From: a virus
IMG/VR virus record: IMGVR_UViG_3300009124_000007
Span: 12,967-76,966 of that record
DNA length: 64,000 nt
Direction: 5' to 3' (one strand)
The translations under genes were made by a program, and so were the position numbers. The notes below the pieces were generated by a model. The model was given only the letters and a program-made list of their open reading frames with translations. It did not search any database and was not told the origin of the DNA. Of the stretch, positions 57,081-64,000 are shown in pieces; position 1 is the first letter of the stretch; each line of letters opens with the position of its first letter.

Positions 57081-57164
57081 ATAAATAAAACTGAATATCG
57101 TCGTCGCAGGACGGAGGGGTAACTGGCCACTATCAGTACGACCCCTCTTTTTTTCTGCTATAAT
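57081..57164 (+). terminator. late promoter, short structured RNA/terminator, then extended -10 promoter
   Basis: ATAAATA(57081-87); GAGGGGT...ACCCCTC plus T-tract; TGCTATAAT. Confidence 0.6.
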
Positions 57165-57185
57165 AAGAGCATAACTGAGGTCACT

Positions 57186-57776
57186 ATGAAACTACCTAAC
57201 TGGCAACACCACTCTAAGAAAGAGCAGAAGCGTAGTCTGAAACCACAAGCAATGCGTCAGGCGAAAGCACGTCGTCAAGCACTGAAGAAGAAACTGGTTG
57301 CTGCTTCAGCACTGATGGTTGGGTTTGGTTCTCCTGCTATGGCACATACGTATCATCACCACCATGAACATCACTACAAACCAAGACCATATGTAACCAC
57401 ATCATATAACTATCGAACTTGCACAAAGACAGTTACTACTCACTTCTTTTTTGCTGGTCAATGGTCTGAGAGAGTTGATTATCAAAGGATCAAAGGGTGC
57501 CGAAAGCATCATTACCATCATGATTACAGCACTAGGAGATTTGATCCTCCAGTTCTTCCTGCCTTCCCCGAAAGAAAACGTGATCGTCAACCCGATCGTC
57601 AACCTGATCGAGCACAGAACACTGATGACAACTCCTGCATCGAAGGTAGCATCCTCGGAGGCATCGCTGGAGGCGGTCTGGGTGCTGCTCTGAGCAGAGG
57701 AGACGGTCGTTGGTGGGCAGTGCCTACGGGGATCGTTGGAGGCGCTCTGGTGGGGTGTCAGGTTGATGGGGGTTAG
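57186..57776 (+). CDS. glycine-zipper membrane protein with His-rich segments and basic N-terminal extension
   Basis: DDNSCIEGSILGGIAGGGLGAALSRG...GGALVGCQVDGG; internal signal-like VAASALMVGFGSPAMA. Confidence 0.7.
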   Translation: MKLPNWQHHSKKEQKRSLKPQAMRQAKARRQALKKKLVAASALMVGFGSPAMAHTYHHHHEHHYKPRPYVTTSYNYRTCTKTVTTHFFFAGQWSERVDYQRIKGCRKHHYHHDYSTRRFDPPVLPAFPERKRDRQPDRQPDRAQNTDDNSCIEGSILGGIAGGGLGAALSRGDGRWWAVPTGIVGGALVGCQVDGG

Positions 57777-58714
57777 TACCCTGTAGAACCTCCAGTACCA
57801 CTACTACCAGTGCTACCAGTGCTACCATTTGTTGTTCCACTGCTAGAACCAGATGTCTGTGACTGTGTTGGATTGAAACTACCAGTCACAGAACTTCCAG
57901 TTTGAACGATGTTGGTAGTGTATGTGGCAACTGTTGTAGAAGTTGTTTCTTCTTCTGCCTCTAGGAATGCTTTGGTAGACTGTGCAGCAGCAATAAAGTT
58001 TTTGTACTTACCAAACTGAGGTGTAATACCAACACCAGAACTATTGACCAAGAATCTATTCAGTGGTTTGAGGTTAGTTTTTGGTACATCATACTCATCC
58101 TGCTCAGAGTTTCTTAGATAAGAAGTAAGCTCCTCAAACTCATACAAGAAGTCATCGATGAGAGCAGGTTCAAGAACATAGATAAATCTTTTCTTTTCGT
58201 TTTCTAGTTCTTCATACTCATAGTTAGTGATTGATGTAATTGGATTTAGTATTGCCTCTTTTGTTTTATAGTTTACAGGTGCATAATCTTCTTGGACAAT
58301 CAAACCACCCCTTTGGATTAGTGTACCGTCAGCATCTTTGATTTCCCTAGTTTCCCAGTGGTGAATTGCAACTTCATTGCCAGCACCATACTTCTCAATT
58401 ACAAATCTAGAAAGTTCATCGTTGGGATCCTTTGGCCATGACATGTAAGGATCCGTCATGTTGTTTGCGATACAGAGAGTCCAGTCTAATCTAGAGTCAC
58501 GATATAGTTTGTATGCAACGTTGTCTGGTCTATCACCAGACTGAATTACATAGGGACTAAAGAGAGTGACATACTTACTCATGTCCTCTCTGATCTTTGC
58601 AGTTCTGAAGAAGTTTTTTACTCTAACATATGCAATAGAGTACTCTTCAAAGTATGAAACTGATTTCTCAACACCGACGTATTGATCTGGAACGTAGTCG
58701 AAAAAATATGACAT
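57773..58714 (-). CDS. gp53: baseplate wedge protein
   Basis: MSYFF...KNFFR...GDRPDNVAYKLY (LysM-like)...NYEYE...NEKKR. Confidence 0.87.
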   Translation of the reverse strand: MSYFFDYVPDQYVGVEKSVSYFEEYSIAYVRVKNFFRTAKIREDMSKYVTLFSPYVIQSGDRPDNVAYKLYRDSRLDWTLCIANNMTDPYMSWPKDPNDELSRFVIEKYGAGNEVAIHHWETREIKDADGTLIQRGGLIVQEDYAPVNYKTKEAILNPITSITNYEYEELENEKKRFIYVLEPALIDDFLYEFEELTSYLRNSEQDEYDVPKTNLKPLNRFLVNSSGVGITPQFGKYKNFIAAAQSTKAFLEAEEETTSTTVATYTTNIVQTGSSVTGSFNPTQSQTSGSSSGTTNGSTGSTGSSGTGGSTGY

Positions 58715-58715
58715 A

Positions 58716-59657
58716 TCAATACCCCTGTGATGCGAGTTCTTTTGTGATGTATGCTGTTTCTTTGAATTGCATATTGAGACTAATTGCAGGCACTTTTAGT
58801 TTGTTTGCTGTTGAGTCTGCCGATTTCAATGCTGTGTATGCTCCATCAGGTGTGTACTGCACATCCATACTTTCCATAACACACTGCATAAATTTGATGT
58901 GAGGAATCTCCTGTAGTTCAGCACCATCAGGAACCAGTCTCATGAACTTCAGTTCAAATTTATCTGGGACATAAATGTAACGACCTTTAGCAGGGCTTCC
59001 TCCTGCATTTACTGTAGAATCATCACCACCCATGTGTGGAAGCATACCCTCTTTCAGATACTTTACGATTTCACCAATCGTTGTTGCCTCGCCATCATTT
59101 CTTGCAACCAATTTGAACGAGAAGGAGAAGGTTCTAAAACCTGTTCCTTTGAATAGTATTTCTTCATATGGGTTGAAGATTTTACCCTGAGATACTGCGA
59201 GTAGATCGTTTTTACCACCACTGAACTCACTACCCATAATGTTTCCCAGACCTCGGGTCACGTCAGTAACAGCACTCATAACCATCTCTGGCATGGCAGC
59301 ACCACCAAGTGCTTGTAGAGTTGCTGTTGCTTCAGACTTACCGAAGGTTTTACCAGCAGCAAGTGCTTCACCTGCTGCCATACCGACAGTACCAAATGCT
59401 ACTTTGTCGTATGAAGCAGCATACTGTGCAGCGATTCCGTTAGGACATGCCAGATAAACTACAGTACCGTTTGGTGTGACGTTATCTAATTTAGCACCAG
59501 CAGTGTTGTAGAAAAATCCGTTTGGCATTTCTGATTGTTTTTTCAGTGCCAATCTTCTTATACTTAGGTAGTCAATCGATCCAGTAGGTTGATCTGGATC
59601 CGTGTATGACATACTGCCAGGAACGGGAGGTCTATTTGGATATACTAAGTTTGCCAT
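58716..59657 (-). CDS. gp48: baseplate tail-tube cap
   Basis: FNPYEEILFKG...RTFSFSFKL...YTPDG...FKET. Confidence 0.85.
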   Translation of the reverse strand: MANLVYPNRPPVPGSMSYTDPDQPTGSIDYLSIRRLALKKQSEMPNGFFYNTAGAKLDNVTPNGTVVYLACPNGIAAQYAASYDKVAFGTVGMAAGEALAAGKTFGKSEATATLQALGGAAMPEMVMSAVTDVTRGLGNIMGSEFSGGKNDLLAVSQGKIFNPYEEILFKGTGFRTFSFSFKLVARNDGEATTIGEIVKYLKEGMLPHMGGDDSTVNAGGSPAKGRYIYVPDKFELKFMRLVPDGAELQEIPHIKFMQCVMESMDVQYTPDGAYTALKSADSTANKLKVPAISLNMQFKETAYITKELASQGY

Positions 59658-59663
59658 TCCTAC

Positions 59664-59694
59664 CTAAATACTTTTAGTCCTAATTATATTTATC
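59664..59694. promoter_or_regulatory. face-to-face late promoters for gp4 (+) and gp48 (-)
   Basis: CTAAATA at 59664-70 (+) and GATAAATA at 59694-87 (-). Confidence 0.6.
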
Positions 59695-60117
59695 ATGCGC
59701 TACCAGGGAAAGTACACACCATCCTTCCCGCAAAAGTACAAAGGCAACCCTAGGAATATCATTTACAGATCATCCTGGGAGTATAAATTCATGAAGTTCT
59801 GTGATATCACCCCTACTGTACTTGAATGGGGTAGTGAAGAGATATTTATACCTTATATATCTCCTGTTGATGGCAAGAAGCACAGATATTTTCCTGACTT
59901 CTATGTAAAAATAAAAGGCAAAGGAAAATACATCGTTGAGGTAAAACCATTTTACCAAACACAAGAACCCAAGACACAACAGCGACATACTAAGAAGTAC
60001 ATCAGAGAAGTTGTTACTTACTCAGTCAACCAAGCAAAATGGAAAGCTGCCGAAGAGTTCTGTGCTGATAATTCAATGCAATTTATGTTGATCACAGAGA
60101 AAGAACTGAAAGTCTAA
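59695..60117 (+). CDS. gp4: head completion nuclease-like protein
   Basis: KYKGNP...YRSSWE...WGSEE...YFPDF...EVKP...NQAKW. Confidence 0.92.
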   Translation: MRYQGKYTPSFPQKYKGNPRNIIYRSSWEYKFMKFCDITPTVLEWGSEEIFIPYISPVDGKKHRYFPDFYVKIKGKGKYIVEVKPFYQTQEPKTQQRHTKKYIREVVTYSVNQAKWKAAEEFCADNSMQFMLITEKELKV

Positions 60118-60851
60118 TGTCAAGTTTAGCCAACTGGAGTAATACAGAACCATACGCAAAGTCAACTCTTGGGGGTAATCTCCAAGAGTTCATGGCGCAT
60201 GTGCTTAGTAGTAAGACACATGAGGTATCCAGATCTAACATCTGGCACTTTGATATGACGTTTCCCACCATTCTGCAGGGTAGTTTGGGGGATCTTTTTG
60301 CTGGTGCATTTACTACATCTGATCTTTCAGCTGCTAGAAAGACTATTACAATGTATGCTAATGAGGTGAACACACCCACTAGACAGGTGACAACTTCATC
60401 TCATAAGATGGTTGGTTCTGAGTATGAATATGCCACAGGTTCTACCTTCAGTGAGACAAACGTTCAGTTCTTTATTCCTAGAAACTACATCGGAGTAACT
60501 ATCTTTGAACGTTGGATGAACATCATGGCAAACGATGCCAACCAATATGTAGATTTCTTTGACGACTATGTTGCACCTACGTTTACTATATACAAACTAG
60601 AACGAGGTGGTGGTGGAGACATCCCACTAACCAACGAAACTCTAAGCCAACTAAACTCAGACAACAGACCACAGTACAATAAAGTTTCTGGTATGTGGGT
60701 CATGTTCAATGTCTTCCCCAAAAATATTGGAACCTTACAGTTCAACAACCAACCAGGTGCTCCTCTGACCCTGGATGTTACGTTGAGGTATGAGAGATTC
60801 AGATTCTATCCCGAACCAAGCACCGATGTGAAGGGTGGCATCTTAGTCTAA
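60117..60851 (+). CDS. tail-tube-like / baseplate tail-tube initiator (gp54/gp19 fold)
   Basis: FERWMN...NVFPKNIG...VTLRYE pattern; synteny. Confidence 0.6.
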   Translation: MSSLANWSNTEPYAKSTLGGNLQEFMAHVLSSKTHEVSRSNIWHFDMTFPTILQGSLGDLFAGAFTTSDLSAARKTITMYANEVNTPTRQVTTSSHKMVGSEYEYATGSTFSETNVQFFIPRNYIGVTIFERWMNIMANDANQYVDFFDDYVAPTFTIYKLERGGGGDIPLTNETLSQLNSDNRPQYNKVSGMWVMFNVFPKNIGTLQFNNQPGAPLTLDVTLRYERFRFYPEPSTDVKGGILV

Positions 60852-60955
60852 ACCAAAATCAACTTTTGATTACAAAAATAGCGGAAAAAAATTTCCGCCA
60901 AAAATTTGACCCCCTTAGATTTTTTACTAAATAATCATACTGAATTGAGAACATT

Positions 60956-61672
60956 ATGGCACTCCCGAAGCTTAGTACACCACAGTATACTTTGAAATTG
61001 CCCTCTACTGGTAAGCAAGTAAAGTATAGACCATTCCTAGTCAAAGAGGAGAAACTTCTTCTCATGGCAATGGAATCTGAAGATGAGAAAGAAACCATCG
61101 AGACTATCAAAACGATTATCAAGTCGTGTACTGATATCAAACAAAGAGTAGATGAGTTACCTACTTTTGACATTGAATATTTGTTTTTGAAGATTCGTGC
61201 AAAGTCTGTTGGCGAAAAGTCGAAGGTCATTCTTACTTGCCCTGATGATAACACCACCAATGTGACTGTGGATATCGATCTTTCTGACATTGAGATCACT
61301 AGTGATCCTAAACACGATAAGAAGATTGAACTGAGTGATACTGTTGGTATGGTGATGAAGTATCCATCACTGGAAACTTTCGTCAAGATCAACATTACTG
61401 GTTCTTCCGACAATCAGATCGATCAGGTGTTTGATCTTGCATGTGATTGTATTGACCACATCTATGATGAGAATCAAGTTTATGATGGTACTGATACACC
61501 TAGGAAAGAAAAACTAGAATTTCTTGAGCAGTTGAGTTCTGATCAATTTGCAAAACTCCAATCGTTCTTCGAGACGATGCCTAAACTGAGCAAAGAAGTT
61601 CCAGTCAAGAATCCTAAGACTGGTGTTGAAAGTAAAGTTATGCTTGAGGGTCTTGCATCTTTTTTCGGGTAG
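60956..61672 (+). CDS. gp26: baseplate hub subunit
   Basis: MALPK...YRPFLVKEEKLLL...FDIEYLFLKIRAKSVGE...LEGLASFF. Confidence 0.92.
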   Translation: MALPKLSTPQYTLKLPSTGKQVKYRPFLVKEEKLLLMAMESEDEKETIETIKTIIKSCTDIKQRVDELPTFDIEYLFLKIRAKSVGEKSKVILTCPDDNTTNVTVDIDLSDIEITSDPKHDKKIELSDTVGMVMKYPSLETFVKINITGSSDNQIDQVFDLACDCIDHIYDENQVYDGTDTPRKEKLEFLEQLSSDQFAKLQSFFETMPKLSKEVPVKNPKTGVESKVMLEGLASFFG

Positions 61673-61674
61673 CG

Positions 61675-61863
61675 ATGTTGCATAATACGTTGAAAAACTA
61701 TTATGAAACCAACTTCGCGCTAATGCATTATCATAAATGGGATCTTGAACAAATGGATAACCTTATCCCATGGGAAAAGGAAATCTATGTTGGCATGTTG
61801 ATGCAACACCTCAAAGAGGAAGAGCGTCGTTATAAAGAACAACAACAACGAGCCAGCATGTAA
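61675..61863 (+). CDS. gp51: baseplate hub assembly catalyst
   Basis: NYYETNFALMHYHKW...IPWEKEIY. Confidence 0.88.
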   Translation: MLHNTLKNYYETNFALMHYHKWDLEQMDNLIPWEKEIYVGMLMQHLKEEERRYKEQQQRASM

Positions 61864-64000
61864 TGGCAGGTAAACTAGGATATAAATTTGTAAACCCAGC
61901 ACTCACAAGCGACGAAAAGACCGCTGTAAAGAGTGCTGGGATTCCTACTGACAATTTACCACACAAAAGACTTTTACTTGGAGTCAATAGACTTGGTGCT
62001 GCAACGAATAGCATCTATGATTCAGTAAAAGCACTAAAAGGATTAGAAGAAGTCCGTGCAATCTCTCTTAGAGATGAGGAAGTAGATAAGAGAAGGGCGA
62101 GAAGAGATAAGAAACTAGATAAGGCAGAGGATAGACAGGAGGGGAAACTAACTAAAAAGGAGATGCAGGGCGGCGAGAAAGAAGCTGCCAATAAGATCAA
62201 GAAAGACAAGAAGAGTAAAGGTATTCTTGAAAGGATCTTTGGTCCAATCTTCAATCTCCTAGCACCGTTTATAAAATTTACGGCACTATTATCGGCACTA
62301 AAGTGGTTCTCAGACCCAAAGAATACGGAGAAGGTAGAGAGATTCGTTGAATTTCTTGGTGAGATATTCAAGTTCTTATACAAGTGGGCAGAATTTGGTG
62401 TCAAAAATGTCCTGAATGGACTTGGTGATGTATTTGGTGGTGTCAATAAGTTCAAAGAGGGAAATATATTAGGTGGTGCCTGGGATTCTGTAATGGGTCT
62501 GGGGCAACTCCTTATGGGATTGATTGCCCTGAAGGGTCTTGCATTATTCTTGAACCCATTCAAGTTGATGGGTCGCATCCTCGACCTGATGGATGTAGTA
62601 GATTCTCAGGAGAAAGGAGGCGGTCCATTAGACTGTCTACCAGACCCGACAGATGCAAAAGGACCGAAGGGGCGTCGTCCTAAGGGTAAGTTTGCAAAAC
62701 TTCTACAACGTGCTAGGATTGGCATCAAGAGGTTACGCAGGTTCCTCAAACCAATTCTTCTTAGAGCAATAGCACTCTTGAGTGGACTTGCATCATCACT
62801 TGCTGGTCGTATTGCTAGGTTTGGTGCCTCGTTCATGCAACGTGTTGCCCAACCACTAATCAAACAAGCAAGTGAGGAACTTGTAAAGAGACTTCCTGCT
62901 GGTGTAGTAGAAGGTGCAGGAGCACTAAGAAAAACTGGTGAGAACTTAGTCAAAAATGTCACTGGAGGACTTGCTAAGGGTGCCGATGATCTTGCTAAGG
63001 GTGCTAGTAATGTAGCAGGGTTTGCTACTCAACAGGGTTCTAGATTTAGGAACTGGGCAGGCGGACTCTGGCAGGGTGCTGTGAAAGGTAAAGATGCTCT
63101 TTTCAAAGCAGCATCTGATAGATGGGCAACCATGAAGCAGGGTGCCATCGACATGGCACAAAGTGCTATGAAAACTGCTAAGGGATGGGGAGATAACATC
63201 ATCAAAGGTGTTGTCGATCTAAAGAATAAGGCAGCACAGCAAGTTGTAGATGGAATTCTTGCACCACTGAAATCGCAAGCAGACAATCTGATTGCAAAGT
63301 CTCCTGTCTTGCAAAAGGTTCTAGGTATATTTGGTGGCGGTGCTGGTAAAGAAGGATTAGGTGAAGCAGCAGAAGCAGCGTTCAAAAAGTTCCTGAACTT
63401 TGCTAAACCAACAATTGAACCTCTTGCTAAGACTCTCAAAGGTCTGAACCTACCAGTTATTGATACTGTTATTGAGGGTCTGTTTGCTCTCTATAATTTG
63501 AAGCAGGGTGTTCCACCAGTTCGTGTTGCGATGCGACTGGGTGGTTCTATTGCTGGTCTAGCATTGGGTACTGCTCTAACGGGTAGTGCAGCATTCTTCT
63601 CTGGTGGTATGGGTGCTTTCTTGGCACCTGTTCTCATTGGTGTTACTCAGTTTGGTGGTGAGTGGTTAGCAGATCGTCTTGCCGATATGATGGGAATACC
63701 CGAGGGTCCTGGAGATGATCCAGAAACTGAGGGATCATTTGCTACAGGTGGTATCATCACTGAAAGATCTTTCATTGAGGTTGCTGAAAAAGAACCAGAA
63801 GTTGTTGCTGACCTGGGATTCATCAAGCAGTTGATCAATCCAATGACCAGCATTCTACCTGGTGCTTCAATGCTAGTTGGTAGTATGGCATCACTGATTG
63901 ATACTCTAGGCAATGTACCTGGTGTGTCTTCAGTAAAAGGAGAATTGAATAGTATTGCTTCTGCTCCTGTCTCTTATACACATCTCCGAGCCCACGAGAC
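61863..64000 (+). CDS. large helical baseplate hub / tape-measure-like protein, truncated by the window end (absent from the ORF track)
   Basis: TAATG-coupled start MAGKLGYKFVNP; Gly/Ala/Lys-rich amphipathic sequence; follows gp26-gp51; only the start was translated by hand, continuity to 64000 is inferred from its absence in the track. Confidence 0.7.
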   Translation, partial: MAGKLGYKFVNPALTSDEKTAVKSAGIPTDNLPHKRLLLGVNRLGAATNSIYDSVKALKGLEEVRAISLRDEEVDKRRARRDKKLDKAEDRQEGKLTKKEMQGGEKEAANKIKKDKKSKGILERIFGPIFNLLAPFIKFTALLSALKWFSDPKNTEKVERFVEFLGEIFKFLYKWAEFGVKNVLNGLGDVFGGVNKFKEGNILGGAWDSVMGLGQLLMGLIALKGLALFLNPFKLMGRILDLMDVVDSQEKGGGPLDCLPDPTDAKGPKGRRPKGKFAKLLQRARIGIKRLRRFLKPILLRAIALLSGLASSLAGRIARFGASFMQRVAQPLIKQASEELVKRLPAGVVEGAGALRKTGENLVKNVTGGLAKGADDLAKGASNVAGFATQQGSRFRNWAGGLWQGAVKGKDALFKAASDRWATMKQGAIDMAQSAMKTAKGWGDNIIKGVVDLKNKAAQQVVDGILAPLKSQADNLIAKSPVLQKVLGIFGGGAGKEGLGEAAEAAFKKFLNFAKPTIEPLAKTLKGLNLPVIDTVIEGLFALYNLKQGVPPVRVAMRLGGSIAGLALGTALTGSAAFFSGGMGAFLAPVLIGVTQFGGEWLADRLADMMGIPEGPGDDPETEGSFATGGIITERSFIEVAEKEPEVVADLGFIKQLINPMTSILPGASMLVGSMASLIDTLGNVPGVSSVKGELNSIASAPVSYTHLRAHE

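Overview
A 64-kb segment of a T4-like cyanomyovirus (Kyanoviridae-type). The host is most likely marine Synechococcus, judged from psbA, psbD, two hli genes and three U34 tRNAs. The window runs from the end of uvsW through the late-transcription, recombination and replication module (gp55, gp47, gp46, gp45, gp44, gp62, regA, gp43, uvsX, gp41, gp61, nrdA/B, thyX, gp33, gp59, gp32). It also holds auxiliary genes (speD, cobS-like MoxR plus vWA-peptidase, dam, hsp20, mazG, three 2OG-Fe(II) oxygenases, peroxiredoxin, phoH) and ends in the baseplate/tail module. The most unusual signals are: (1) a cassette at 27.3-33.9 kb of apparent capsid-packaged polyproteins, made of basic modules separated by prohead-protease-type (L/I/V)-x-E sites; one carries a dnaX-like -1 frameshift signal, and the upstream nucleotidyltransferase starts with a T4-like capsid-targeting sequence; (2) a nested double glutamine-riboswitch-like RNA with a 64-codon ORF inside one aptamer, upstream of two YRG peptides; (3) near-absence of TTAA and CCGG; (4) a ROSE-like thermometer on hsp20, a triple-pseudoknot ncRNA and a gene-32 leader pseudoknot. 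All calls come from reading the sequence and recognising motifs by eye; no searches or folding programs were run.
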